A stretch of 64,000 nucleotides of DNA from an uncultured Deinococcaceae bacterium (GTDB taxonomy: Bacteria; Deinococcota; Deinococci; Deinococcales; Deinococcaceae): assembly GCA_964252075.1 (NCBI GenBank), contig CAXULY010000006.1, positions 131,444 through 195,443 of the forward strand, in the 5' to 3' direction. The position numbers and the translations under genes are program-made. Numbering within the stretch: the stretch's first letter is position 1; every line of letters begins with the position of its first letter. The notes beneath the pieces are model-generated. The model was given only the letters and a program-made list of their open reading frames with translations, was not told the DNA's origin and did not search any database. Shown here piece by piece: positions 9,668-19,925 of this stretch.

Positions 9668-10885
9668 ATGACCCGGACCCTCAAGGCTGATCAAACCGCC
9701 GTGCGCGCCCACAACCGCGCCGTGCTGCTCAACTTGCTGCGCCGACTGGGACCCAGCAGCCGGGTGCAGCTCCAGAAGCTCAGCGGCCTGAGCGGCGCCG
9801 CCGTCACCGGCGTCACCGCCGCCCTCATTCAGGAAGGCCTGGTGGTCGAAAGCAGCGCCGCGGCCTCCACCGGCGGCCGCCCCCCCATCCTGCTGGCCCT
9901 CAATTACCAGGCGCAGGCGGCCATCGGCGCGAAACTCAAACCCGACGAGATCGACCTGGTCCTCACGGACGGCGGCGCCAACATCGAGCGCCAGCTGGTG
10001 CTGCCCCTCACCAGCCACTCCCCGGCCGCGGTCGTGCAGGCCATCGCCACGGCCGCCCGCCACATGCTCGACCAGACCGGACGTCAGCTTCATCAGCTGA
10101 TGGGCGTCGGGGTGGGCCTCCCGGGCCTCATCGATTCCCAGCGCGGGATCTGCGTGCACTCCCCGATCCTGACCTGGCAGGACGTGCCGATCGCCGCCCT
10201 CCTCAGCGCCGAGATCGGCTGCCCGGCCTTCGTGGACAACGACGTGAACGCCCTCACGGTGGCGGAACAGCTGTTCGGCGGGGAGCACGCCGCGCACCTG
10301 CTGGTCGTCACCGTCGGGCGCGGGATCGGGCTCGGCCTGCTGCTGAACGGCCAGCTCCACCGCGGTCAGCGCGGCGGCGCCGGGGAGTTCGGGCACACCG
10401 TGAGCGAAGCGGGCGGCCGCCTGTGCGAATGCGGCAACCGCGGCTGCCTGGAGGCCTACGCCGCCGAACCGGCCCTGGTCGCCCGCTACAACGAGCTGAG
10501 CGGTGGGGCGCCCATCGACATCGACACCCTCATTGCGCGGCACGCCGCGGGCGACCCGCGGGCGGTCGAGCTGTTCCGCGACGCCGCCGAACGGATCGGC
10601 GTGGCCCTCGCGAGCCTGGTCAACGTCTTGAACCCGGAGCGCATCCTCATCAGCGGCGAAGGCACCCGGCTCGGACCGGCGTTCTTCCACACCGTCGAGG
10701 CCACCCTGCGCCGCGCCACGTTCCGGGGCCTCGCGGACCACCTGGCGCTGCGCGTGCACGACGACGGCGAGTTCGCCTGGGCGCGCGGCGCGGCCAGCCT
10801 GGCCCTGCAGCAGACCTTTGCCACCCCGCCCCTCGGGGCGTCCCAATCGGCCTCATTCCTTCCCCACCCAAGGAGTCTGCCATGA
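9668..10885 (+). CDS. ROK-family transcriptional repressor
   Basis: N-terminal HTH, GGRPP, DNDVNA, GEFGH, CECGNRGCLE. Confidence 0.95.
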   Translation: MTRTLKADQTAVRAHNRAVLLNLLRRLGPSSRVQLQKLSGLSGAAVTGVTAALIQEGLVVESSAAASTGGRPPILLALNYQAQAAIGAKLKPDEIDLVLTDGGANIERQLVLPLTSHSPAAVVQAIATAARHMLDQTGRQLHQLMGVGVGLPGLIDSQRGICVHSPILTWQDVPIAALLSAEIGCPAFVDNDVNALTVAEQLFGGEHAAHLLVVTVGRGIGLGLLLNGQLHRGQRGGAGEFGHTVSEAGGRLCECGNRGCLEAYAAEPALVARYNELSGGAPIDIDTLIARHAAGDPRAVELFRDAAERIGVALASLVNVLNPERILISGEGTRLGPAFFHTVEATLRRATFRGLADHLALRVHDDGEFAWARGAASLALQQTFATPPLGASQSASFLPHPRSLP

Positions 10886-12105
10886 ACCAGCGCCTGCCCG
10901 TCCTGCTGACCCTCGCCCTGCTGAGCGCCGCCTCAGCCAAGACCACCATCACCTTCTGGAACACGTACAACAGTGACAGCGACGAGAACAAGACCTTGAT
11001 GACCCAGGTGATTCCGGCCTTCGAGAAGGCCAACCCGGACATCACGGTGGAGGCCCAGGCCTTCCCCTACCCGGATTTCCGGCAGAAGATCCTGACGTCG
11101 CTGGCGGGCGGCACCGCGCCGGACGTGGCGCGCATCGACATCATCTGGTCGCCGGAGTTCGCGAAGCTCGGCGCGCTGCAGAAGATGGACGGCCTGCCCG
11201 GCTTCGCGGCGCTCAAAGGCGCCGTGTTCCCCGGCAGCCTCTCCACCAACTTCTACCAGGGGAGTTACTTCGGCCTGCCGCTCGACACCAACACGCAGAT
11301 CATGCTGTACGACCAGGACCTGCTGAAGGCCGCCGGGGTGGGCGCGCCCAAGACCATGGCGCAGTTGCAGGGCTACCTCACGAAACTGCAGCAGAAGAGC
11401 GGCGGCAAGGTCTCGCAGTGGGGGCTGGCCTTCTCCGGGCCGAGCAACTGGGTGCTGCTGCCGTGGATCTGGTCGGCGGGCGGCGACGTGCTGGACCCCA
11501 GCATGAAGCGCGCCACCGGGTACCTGAACGGCCCCAAGACGGTCGCGGCCATCAGCATGCTGCTCAACTGGTCGAAATCCGGGCTGATCGCGCCCACCAT
11601 GTCGGGCGGCGGCCTGGGCACCTGGGACGGCATGGGCACCCTGAAGTACGCCGGCATTCAGGACGGCCCCTGGGCCTTCCCGGCCCTCAAGGCGCAGTAC
11701 CCGAAACTCAAGATCCAGCACGCGCTGTTCCCGTCCGGCGCGGGCGGCAGCGTGAGCGTGGTGGGCGGCGAGAACATCGTGATGTTCGCGGGCGGCAAGC
11801 ACCAGGACGCCGCGTGGAAATTCACCCAGTTCATGCTGAGCCTCCCCACCCAGATCACCATGGCGCACACCGGTCAGATCCCGGTGCTGAAGGCGGCCGA
11901 GCAGGACCCCTTCATCAAGAACCACCCGTACTACGGCCTGTACTTCCAGCAGCTCAAGAACGCCAAGGCCCGCCCGCCCGTGCCCGTGTACTCCAAGATC
12001 GAGGACACCATGCAGGGCGCCTTCCAGGACGTCTTCGCCGGCAAGCGCACCGTGCAGGCCGCCCTGGATGACGCCGCGCAAAAAGTGGACGCGCTGCTGA
12101 AGTGA
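10882..12105 (+). CDS. Sugar ABC transporter substrate-binding protein
   Basis: AGGAG RBS, ATGA overlap, signal peptide, TITFW, APDVARID, GGEN. Confidence 0.93.
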   Translation: MNQRLPVLLTLALLSAASAKTTITFWNTYNSDSDENKTLMTQVIPAFEKANPDITVEAQAFPYPDFRQKILTSLAGGTAPDVARIDIIWSPEFAKLGALQKMDGLPGFAALKGAVFPGSLSTNFYQGSYFGLPLDTNTQIMLYDQDLLKAAGVGAPKTMAQLQGYLTKLQQKSGGKVSQWGLAFSGPSNWVLLPWIWSAGGDVLDPSMKRATGYLNGPKTVAAISMLLNWSKSGLIAPTMSGGGLGTWDGMGTLKYAGIQDGPWAFPALKAQYPKLKIQHALFPSGAGGSVSVVGGENIVMFAGGKHQDAAWKFTQFMLSLPTQITMAHTGQIPVLKAAEQDPFIKNHPYYGLYFQQLKNAKARPPVPVYSKIEDTMQGAFQDVFAGKRTVQAALDDAAQKVDALLK

Positions 12106-12106
12106 C

Positions 12107-13012
12107 ATGACGACCCTCCCTCGCTCCCGCCGCGCGCGGTTGCGCCGCCAGGACCTGCTGTTCGGCCTGGCCCTGGTGGCGCCCGGCCTGCTGTGGTTTT
12201 TGGTGTTCAACCTGTACCCGGCGCTGTTCTCCTTCTGGATTTCCTTCCATCACTGGCAGGTGCTGGGGGACAGCAGCTGGGCGGGCCTGGAGAATTACGC
12301 GCGGGTGTTCACGGACCCCATCAACCTGATCGCGCTGCGCAACACGCTGGTGTACGCCGTCATCACCGTGACGGGCCAGATGCTGATCGGCCTGTGGCTG
12401 GCGCTGCTGGTGCACCGCAAGAGCCGCCTCTCGGGGTTCTTCAGGCTGGTGTATTACTTCCCGGTGATCTCGTCGTGGGTGGTGGTGTCCCTGATCTTCA
12501 CCTTCCTGTTCAACTCCGAGGGGCTCATCAACTACCTGCTGAGTGACGTGCTGCACCTGTACCGCGACCACATCGCGTGGCTGAACGACCCGGTCACGGC
12601 GCTCCTGGCGATCGGGGTGCTGGGCATCTGGAAGGGCGTCGGGTGGGTGATGCTCATTTACCTCGCGGCGCTGCAGAACGTGCCCGCCGCGCTGCAGGAG
12701 GCCGCCCGCATCGACGGCGCGAGCAACCTTCAGGTGACGCGCTTCGTCACGGTGCCGCTGCTGCGCACCGCCACCCTGTTCATCCTGGTGATGCTCACCA
12801 TCGGCGCCTTCCAGGCGTTCCTGCAGTTCTACATCATGACGGGCGGCGGCCCCAACCACCAGACGGAGGTGCCGCTGTCGTACATGTACAACCAGGGCTT
12901 CACCTTCCTGGACTTCGGGTACGCCTCCGCGCTGGCCTTCGTGCTGGCCCTCATCATCATGGCGATCAGCGCCGTGCAGCTGCGCTTCTTCGGGCGGGGG
13001 GAGGCCCTGTGA
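12107..13012 (+). CDS. Sugar ABC transporter permease
   Basis: GLENY, EAARIDGAS EAA loop, TM helices. Confidence 0.95.
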   Translation: MTTLPRSRRARLRRQDLLFGLALVAPGLLWFLVFNLYPALFSFWISFHHWQVLGDSSWAGLENYARVFTDPINLIALRNTLVYAVITVTGQMLIGLWLALLVHRKSRLSGFFRLVYYFPVISSWVVVSLIFTFLFNSEGLINYLLSDVLHLYRDHIAWLNDPVTALLAIGVLGIWKGVGWVMLIYLAALQNVPAALQEAARIDGASNLQVTRFVTVPLLRTATLFILVMLTIGAFQAFLQFYIMTGGGPNHQTEVPLSYMYNQGFTFLDFGYASALAFVLALIIMAISAVQLRFFGRGEAL

Positions 13013-13884
13013 GCGCCGTGCGCCCCGCCGTGACGCGCGCGGTCGCCCCGCGCCGCCCGCGCGTCAGCGTGCGCGGGCTGGCCCTCAGCCTGCTGATGTG
13101 GCTGATCGCCTTCGTGCTGATGCTGCCCCTGCTGTACACCGTCAGCACCGCCTTCAAGACCAACGCGTACGTGCTGCAGGTCCCGCCGCAGTTCATTCCC
13201 ACCAACCCCACCTGGCAGAACTTCCAGCAGGCCTGGGGGGACAACAACTTCGCGCAGTACTTCCTGAACAGCCTGAAGGTGGCCGCGCTCAGCACCGTCG
13301 GCACGGTGCTGGTGGCCGCCACGGGCGCGTACGCCTTCGCGCGGCTGGCCTTCCCCTTCAAGCGCTTCGTGTTCGGCCTGTACCTGGTGTTCCTGATGAT
13401 CCCGGGGGTGCTGTACATCATCCCGCAGTTCATCCTGGCGCGGAACCTGCACCTGCTGAACAGCCTGCTCGGGCTGGTGGTGTTCTACATCGCGGGCAAC
13501 GTCGCGTTCCACACCTTCCTGATGCGCGGCTTCTTCGCGGGCATCCCGGGCGAGATCGAGGAGGCCGCGCAGGTGGACGGCGCCACGCGCTTCCAGACCT
13601 TCGTGCGCATCGCGCTGCCGCTCGCCGCGCCCGTGCTGGGCACCAGCGCCATCTTCGCGTTCCTGGGCTCCTGGGACGAATTCACGCTGGCGCTCACCTT
13701 CATCAACGACGTGAACCTGCGCACGCTGCCCATCGCCATCCGGCTCTTCCAGGGCCAGCACACCAGCCAGTGGGGCCTGGTGTTCGCCGCCAGCCTGATC
13801 GCGCTCGTTCCGGTGGTGCTCGCGTACGGCGTGTTCCAGCGGCTGTTCATTCAATCGGTGGGCGACGGCGCCATCAAAGGCTGA
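13009..13884 (+). CDS. Sugar ABC transporter permease
   Basis: GTGA overlap, EEAAQVDGA EAA loop, TLPIAI. Confidence 0.95.
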   Translation: MSAVRPAVTRAVAPRRPRVSVRGLALSLLMWLIAFVLMLPLLYTVSTAFKTNAYVLQVPPQFIPTNPTWQNFQQAWGDNNFAQYFLNSLKVAALSTVGTVLVAATGAYAFARLAFPFKRFVFGLYLVFLMIPGVLYIIPQFILARNLHLLNSLLGLVVFYIAGNVAFHTFLMRGFFAGIPGEIEEAAQVDGATRFQTFVRIALPLAAPVLGTSAIFAFLGSWDEFTLALTFINDVNLRTLPIAIRLFQGQHTSQWGLVFAASLIALVPVVLAYGVFQRLFIQSVGDGAIKG

Positions 13885-13923
13885 AGCCGTCCCCGGCCGC
13901 CCCTCCCCCCTGTTCGGAGTGCC

Positions 13924-15522
13924 ATGACCCAGACCACCGTGACCCTCGACCTCACGCCGGACCGGGCGATGTACCGCCCGGGCGCGCCGGTGACCCTCAC
14001 CCTGACGCCCGCCGCGCCGGAAGCGCTCACCCTGCACCTGTCCGCCGGGGTGGACGAAATCACCACCCTCCCTGTGGCGGCCGGGACGACCGAGCTGCGC
14101 TGGACGCCCCCCGACCAAGAGGGCGCGTACGGCGCGGAACTCACCCGCCCCGACGACCGCGCGGTGCTGGCCGCCACCGCCTTCGACGTGCACGCGTCCT
14201 GGCTGGCCGCGCCACGCTACGGGTTCATGGCGGACTACGGGCCGGACGTCGAGGCGGGGCGCATCGCGGCGCTGGCCCGCTACCACCTGAACGCCCTGCA
14301 GTTCTACGACTGGCAGTACCACCACGACCAGCACCTCCCCGAAGCGGACGAATACACGGACTCCGGCGGTCGGCGCCAGAGCCTCGCCACCGTGCGCCGC
14401 CAGATCGAGGAGGCGCACGCGGTGGGCATGGCGGCCATGCCCTACACCACCATCTACGGGGCCTCGGCGGCCTACGGCAAGGCGCATCCGGACCAGACGC
14501 TGTACCGCCAGGACGGCGGCATGTGGAACTTCGGCGAGGACTTCCTCATGACCATGAACCCCGCCGAGGGCAGCGGCTGGCGGGCGCACATCATGGCGGA
14601 GTACCGCCGCGTCCTGGACGCCCTGCCTTTCGACGGCCTGCACATCGACCAGTACGGCGACCCGAAGGTGGCGCACGACCACACGGGGGCCGTGGTGGAC
14701 CTCGCGCAGGTGATGCCCGGCTTCGTACAGGAAGCCAAGGCGCTGGCGCGCGCGTACCCCGGCCGCGACACAGTGATCTTCAATCTGGTGGGCACCTGGC
14801 CCGCCGAGACCGTGCAGCCCAGCGGCGTGGACGCGGTGTACATGGAGATCTGGCCGCCCGACGAGCGCTACGCCGACCTGCGCCGGGTGATCACCGAAGC
14901 GCACACCCGCAGCGGTGGGCGGCCTGTCCTGCTGACCGCCTACCTCAGCGCCGCCTTCGACGCCGGCACCCGACTGCTGGACGCCGTGATCGCCGCGTGT
15001 GGCGCCAGCCACGTGGAGCTCGGCGAGGACGAACAGCTGCTGGGCGACCCGTACTTCCCGAAATACGAGACGCCCAGCGCGGCCCTCAAGGGCTGGCTGC
15101 GCCGGTACTACGACGTCATCACCCGCTACCAGCGGTACCTGTACACCGGCGATCCACTGGACCTGGCGGAACAGGACTTCGGGGATGGCCGGGTGACGGG
15201 CGGCGCGGAGGTCGCGGGCCGGGTGTGGGCGCTCGGGCGGCGCGGCGCGGACTTCGAGGTGCTGCACCTCATCAACTTCGTGGGCGTCCCGGACGACGGG
15301 TGGCGGACCGAACAACCCATGCCCAGTCCCCAGACGCAGCTTGACCTGCGCTGGACGGCCGGGCGACCCGTCGGTGCGGTCTGGGCGCTCAGCCCGGACC
15401 AGGCGGGCCAAATGGCGTTGCCCTTCCACATGGAGGACGGCGCCGTGGTGTTCACCGTCCCCCACCTGACCCTCTGGACCGCCATCGTCCTGACGTACGC
15501 GCACAACGACGCACCCCGCTGA
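13924..15522 (+). CDS. Glycoside hydrolase family 66 (dextranase/CITase family)
   Basis: PRYGF, YHLNALQFYDWQYHH, FDGLHIDQYGD, YMEIW, GASHVELGE, PYFP. Confidence 0.85.
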   Translation: MTQTTVTLDLTPDRAMYRPGAPVTLTLTPAAPEALTLHLSAGVDEITTLPVAAGTTELRWTPPDQEGAYGAELTRPDDRAVLAATAFDVHASWLAAPRYGFMADYGPDVEAGRIAALARYHLNALQFYDWQYHHDQHLPEADEYTDSGGRRQSLATVRRQIEEAHAVGMAAMPYTTIYGASAAYGKAHPDQTLYRQDGGMWNFGEDFLMTMNPAEGSGWRAHIMAEYRRVLDALPFDGLHIDQYGDPKVAHDHTGAVVDLAQVMPGFVQEAKALARAYPGRDTVIFNLVGTWPAETVQPSGVDAVYMEIWPPDERYADLRRVITEAHTRSGGRPVLLTAYLSAAFDAGTRLLDAVIAACGASHVELGEDEQLLGDPYFPKYETPSAALKGWLRRYYDVITRYQRYLYTGDPLDLAEQDFGDGRVTGGAEVAGRVWALGRRGADFEVLHLINFVGVPDDGWRTEQPMPSPQTQLDLRWTAGRPVGAVWALSPDQAGQMALPFHMEDGAVVFTVPHLTLWTAIVLTYAHNDAPR

Positions 15523-15530
15523 AAGGAACC

Positions 15531-15620
15531 TGGGAAGACCAAGAACACGCCCCGGGCGAAGCGCTCGGCGGTCAGGTCCATCCGCCCGGATGAACTGCGG
15601 CAAGCCTGCCTTGGCCTGCC
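15531..15620 (+). mobile_element. Possible IS5-family transposase remnant
   Basis: Frameshifted GRPRTRP/AKRSAVRS..DELRQAC resembles the IS5 GRPRxRP-xxxxADxxY segment; short and weak. Confidence 0.3.
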
Positions 15621-16092
15621 CAAAGGACCCTGCGGTCCGTCGCGCGAGGCGAGCCGGACTGGACGCTGTGGCCCCTGAAAGGGATCGAGTCTCTGCCCGC
15701 CGTGCGCTGGCGGCCGCACCCCATCGCGCGGCTCACCCCGGCGAAACGTGCGGCGGGCATGACGGCGCTGGAGCCGGCGTTCGCGGTGCCGCGCGTCGTC
15801 TGGCCGGCCTCGCCTCGCGACCGCTCAGGGTGTGGACGTCACCGGGTTGAACCTCGTCGGGGAAGCAGGCACCGAGGCCGAAGGGCGCGGCCCACGATCG
15901 TTGCGGCGTCCTCGGACCCCACCGAGCGGCGGCCCGTTCCCACACCGTGCCGACGACGATCCAGCGGTTGGGCGAGTCCGACAGCGGCATGGTCATGCGC
16001 CAGCGCACCAGACCCCGACCACATTCACGTGCCGCAAACACCTGAAGATCAGAGGGGCGGTTTTGGCATAGGGTGGAACGCGAGGTGACGCT

Positions 16093-17103
16093 ATGGAATA
16101 CCGTCGATTGGGCCAGTCTGGGTTGCAGGTCAGTGCGCTTTCCTTTGGTGCCTGGGTGACGTTTGGCACGCAGTTGGATGTGGATGGTGCCCTGGAACTG
16201 ATGTCCGCCGCGTATGACCGCGGGTGCAACTTCTTCGACAACGCCGAGGCGTACGCCCGAGGCCAGGCGGAAACCATCATGGGCCAGGCCCTGAGCAAGG
16301 CGGGCTGGCGGCGTGACAGCTACATCGTGTCCAGTAAAGTCTTCGGCGGATCGGTGGAGAACCCATCTCCGACGCAGCGAGGGCTTTCACGCAAGCACGT
16401 TTACGAGGCGTGCTACCAGGCCATCGAACGCCTGCAATGTGAGTACCTGGATCTGTACTTCTGTCATCGCCCGGACCGCAGCACCCCCATCGAAGAAACG
16501 GTGCGGGCCATGACCGAATTGATCCAGCGCGGTGACGTGTTGTACTGGGGCACCAGCGAGTGGTCGGCGCAGGAATTGATGGAAGCCTACGCCGTCGCCC
16601 GCCAGTACAACCTGATTCCCCCGACCATGGAGCAGCCGCAGTACAACATGCTCACCCGCTACCGGGTCGAGGTTGAATACAGCCGCTTGTACCGTCCAGA
16701 CACGCTCGGGTTGGGCACCACGGTCTGGTCGCCGCTGGCGAGCGGTCTCCTGACCGGCAAGTACAACGACGTGGTGCCGAATGACACCCGCATGAACCTG
16801 CCCGGGTATGAATGGTTGAAAGCCAGGCTCGAGAGTGAAGAAGGCCAAGCCAACCTGGGCAAAGTCCGAGGCCTGGCCAAGATCGCCGACGACCTGGGCA
16901 TAACCTTGCCAAAGCTCGCCTTGGCGTGGTGCCTGAAGAACCCGAATGTGAGCACCGTGATTACGGGCGCCTCCAAAGCCACGCAAGTGGAGGAGAATTT
17001 TGCCGCCCTCGAGGTGCTTCCCCAGCTCACCGACGACGTCATGGCGGCCATTGAGGCGGCCCTGGGGAACAAGGAAACCCGGTTGTATGGCTCGAGCGAG
17101 TGA
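16093..17103 (+). CDS. Aldo/keto reductase (Kv-beta-like)
   Basis: [52 protein letters not shown]. Confidence 0.95.
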   Translation: MEYRRLGQSGLQVSALSFGAWVTFGTQLDVDGALELMSAAYDRGCNFFDNAEAYARGQAETIMGQALSKAGWRRDSYIVSSKVFGGSVENPSPTQRGLSRKHVYEACYQAIERLQCEYLDLYFCHRPDRSTPIEETVRAMTELIQRGDVLYWGTSEWSAQELMEAYAVARQYNLIPPTMEQPQYNMLTRYRVEVEYSRLYRPDTLGLGTTVWSPLASGLLTGKYNDVVPNDTRMNLPGYEWLKARLESEEGQANLGKVRGLAKIADDLGITLPKLALAWCLKNPNVSTVITGASKATQVEENFAALEVLPQLTDDVMAAIEAALGNKETRLYGSSE

Positions 17104-17152
17104 ATGAGCGTGCCCCCGGATGGTCGTGACCTGAAAAGGCCTCGACCATACC

Positions 17153-17395
17153 GGGGGTGTGACAAGTAGATGCGGGCGGGAGCGGGTGAATTGAGGTGCA
17201 GCGACCACCCGCTGCCCGGCGACCGCTTGCCCCTCAGCCATCATTGGACACGCGGTCTGACCCTCCCACCGCTGCCCGCTCCGTGACCGCGAGGTCGAGG
17301 AACTGCGGCTGGAGCGGGACATCCTGGTTTCGCGGGAACGCGTTCGTCGCTGCTGCATCCCGTTTGGCGAGCGCTTCGCCCAGCGCCTGCGCCCT
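17153..17395 (+). pseudogene. IS6-family transposase 5' remnant with probable degenerate left end
   Basis: SDHPLPGDRLPL/AIIGHAV*PSHRCPLRDREVEELRLERDILVSRERVRRCCIPFGERFAQRLR matches the IS6 N-terminus (RFP..II.HAVWLYHRF.LSYRDVEELL.ERGI.VS.E..R.WC..FG); contains a frameshift and a stop. Confidence 0.75.
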
Positions 17396-17420
17396 TGCAT
17401 GTGTCACGCTACGGGCACCC

Positions 17421-17852
17421 ATGTTCAGCCTCCGCCGAATTGGCCTCACGGCCATGGTCCTCGCCGGTACCGCCCTCGCGCAGCCCGCCACGACCAACAG
17501 CAACGCGAACCTCCGCGCGCAACCCAGCACCACGGCCCAAGTGCTCACCGTCCTGCCCAAAGGCACCGCCTTGAACGTGATGTGCTCCGGCTCGTGGTGC
17601 AAGGTGAACACCCGCGCCGGGTACGTGGCGAAGAGCGTCCTGAGCCTCGCGCAGGTCCAACCCCTGCCCTCCCCCGCCCCGGTGCAGGGCGATGGCTACA
17701 CGAACGTGGATGGCGTGCACGTGCAGAGCCCGGTGTTGACGGAAACGGCCCCGCCCGGCGCGAGCGCGAAGTGCCGCGATGGCAGCTACAGCTTCTCCCT
17801 GCACCGCCGCGGCACCTGCAGCCACCACGGCGGCGTCGCCGAATGGCTGTGA
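17421..17852 (+). CDS. Secreted SH3b + DUF3761 domain protein
   Basis: Signal peptide, NANLRAQPST SH3b, AKCRDGSYSFSLHRRGTCSHHGGVAEWL. Confidence 0.85.
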   Translation: MFSLRRIGLTAMVLAGTALAQPATTNSNANLRAQPSTTAQVLTVLPKGTALNVMCSGSWCKVNTRAGYVAKSVLSLAQVQPLPSPAPVQGDGYTNVDGVHVQSPVLTETAPPGASAKCRDGSYSFSLHRRGTCSHHGGVAEWL

Positions 17853-18403
17853 GGACCAGCGCTGAAGCCGCAACGGATGCGCCGGAGGTGGTGGTGATCA
17901 CCGGCGTGATGGCCGCAGGGAAGAGCACGGTCGCCCAGCTGCTCGCCGAACGCCTTGAGCGCAGCGTCCACCTGCGCGGGGATCTGTTCCGCCGCATGAT
18001 CGTGAGCGGCCGTGCGGAGCCCACCCCCGACATGCCTGTGGAGGCCACCCAGCAACTCGCCCTGCGCTACCACCTGGCCGCTCAGGTGGCGCGGACGTAC
18101 GCCGAGGCGGGCTTCACGGTGGTCTACCAGGACATCCTGCTCGAAGCGGGTCTCACGGACGTCCTGTCACTGCTCGAAGGCCTCCGTCGTGCGGTTGTGG
18201 TGTTGAACCCCTCGGCGGCGGTCGTGGCGCAGCGGGATGAGGCGCGGGCCAAGACTGGGTACGGTGGCGGCTGGACGCCCCATCCGCTGATCGAAGCGCT
18301 GGAACGCACGCCGCGCGTCGGGTTGTGGCTGGACACCAGTGAGCTCACGCCGGAACAGACGGTGGATTTCATCCTGGCCCCCATGGACGAGGCGCGCTGC
18401 TGA
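17843..18403 (+). CDS. P-loop kinase/AAA_33-like phosphotransferase
   Basis: VVITGVMAAGKST Walker A, HLRGDLFRRMIV; start uncertain (17843 or 17849). Confidence 0.82.
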   Translation: MAVRTSAEAATDAPEVVVITGVMAAGKSTVAQLLAERLERSVHLRGDLFRRMIVSGRAEPTPDMPVEATQQLALRYHLAAQVARTYAEAGFTVVYQDILLEAGLTDVLSLLEGLRRAVVVLNPSAAVVAQRDEARAKTGYGGGWTPHPLIEALERTPRVGLWLDTSELTPEQTVDFILAPMDEARC

Positions 18404-18770
18404 CTGCGGCCGGTTATGAGCCATCGCCTGGTCCCTCGTGCCATGACCTGGACGCCATGGTCCGTGTAGGGGTGCAGGAAATGCGAGAGCCTCGCACCTC
18501 GACCCGGAGCAGGGCCTGACGCGCGGCTTCAGCGGGGAGGGTCTCGAACCCCCGTCCTCTCCCATGCTGTGGGCGCGCTCGTCCCCTGAAACACCCACCG
18601 GGACGCAGGACGCAGGCGCCTTGGTGGGTCAACCCCTCGCCCGGCCAGAAGGGTGCGGCGTCCCCTGCTGACGTACGGTCACGCGACCTGGATGACCGGG
18701 TCGGCCGTGCGGAAAGTTATACTTGCCGCGTCGCGCCCGGCCCGTCGTCTGGAGGCGCCCACGACAGATC

Positions 18771-19925
18771 ATGCGTGCGCTCGTCGCTTCCTTTCGGGAC
18801 CGCCCCACCGCGCGGGCGGTGGTGCTGTTCGGCGCCCTGAACCTGGCGATGGCGCTGGCGTTCATGCTCGCCGTGCCCGGCCGCTTCGAGCGCCCCGCCA
18901 CGCCGCCCCTGCTGGTGCCAGAACGCGCCGCGCTTCGCGTCGCGCTCGTCCTCGCTGCGGGCGCGGTGGTGCTCTGGGCGGTCCGGCCGGGCCGCCGCAC
19001 GCGCCCCGAGCTGGTCGTTCTGATCGTTGCCGGTCTCACCGCGACCGCCTTCGCGTCACGCCATTACTTTCCGTTCCTGCCGCTCGCGGTGCTCCCGGTC
19101 GTTGCGCGGTACTGGCTGAGTTTGCGCGCCACCGTGACCGTGACGCTCGTGGCGTTCGTCGCGTCGATGCCCTTGTGGCTCCCCGCCGTGGCCGGGGACC
19201 GCCCGCTGGTCGCGGCGCTGCTGGCGCTCGCGGTGACCCTCGCCCTGAACGGCTACACCCTGCTCAGTTTCGAGTTCGCGCTTCGGGAGGCGCGCGCCCG
19301 CGAGGCGCTGCGCGACCTGCAGGACCTCACGGTGCGGCACGCCGAGCTCGCGGAGCGGGCGCGCGTGGCGCGTGAGCTGCATGACACGCTGGGACACCAC
19401 CTGACCGCCCAGCGCTTCGACCTGCAGCTGCTCGCGGCGCTCGGGGGCACGCCGGAGGCCCAGCCGCCCCTGGAGCGCGCGACGGCCCGCAACGCGGACG
19501 CCCTGTCGGAGGTGCGGCGCGCCGTGCGCGCCCTGCCACCCGAGCCGCTGCAGGGCGGGCTGACGCGGGCGCTGCGCGACCTCGCAGGCGGCTGGCCCAC
19601 GCCGGTACAGCTCAGCGTGCAGGGTGACGAGCCCCGCCTGCCGGAGGACACCCGCCTGGTGCTGTACCGGGCGGCGCAGGAGGCCCTGACGAACGCCGGG
19701 CGGCACGCGCCGGGCGCGGTGCCGCAGCTGACCTTGACCTTCCTGCCGAGAGAGGTGCGCCTGCAGGCCGAGAACGCGCGGGCCCCCCAGCGCCTCACCC
19801 TGGGCGCTGGGCTGCGCGGCCTGGAGTCGCGCGCGCAGGCCCTGAACGGCCGCCTGACGGTGGGAACGGCCGGCGGCGTCTTCACCCTGCGGCTCGCCCT
19901 GCCGCTCAGGGGGGGCGCCCCATGA
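18771..19925 (+). CDS. Membrane sensor histidine kinase (HisKA_3)
   Basis: TM helices, ERARVARELHDTLGH, QEALTNAGRHA, GAGLRGL. Confidence 0.92.
   Translation: MRALVASFRDRPTARAVVLFGALNLAMALAFMLAVPGRFERPATPPLLVPERAALRVALVLAAGAVVLWAVRPGRRTRPELVVLIVAGLTATAFASRHYFPFLPLAVLPVVARYWLSLRATVTVTLVAFVASMPLWLPAVAGDRPLVAALLALAVTLALNGYTLLSFEFALREARAREALRDLQDLTVRHAELAERARVARELHDTLGHHLTAQRFDLQLLAALGGTPEAQPPLERATARNADALSEVRRAVRALPPEPLQGGLTRALRDLAGGWPTPVQLSVQGDEPRLPEDTRLVLYRAAQEALTNAGRHAPGAVPQLTLTFLPREVRLQAENARAPQRLTLGAGLRGLESRAQALNGRLTVGTAGGVFTLRLALPLRGGAP

Noticed and set aside
12829..15603. 924-aa minus-strand ORF and many other long overlapping ORFs (e.g. 5641-7695, 29857-32196, 35856-37940, 60295-61977)
   Set aside because: Antisense or alternate-frame shadows of real high-GC genes; no motifs, and low-complexity Arg/Gly/Ala/Val composition
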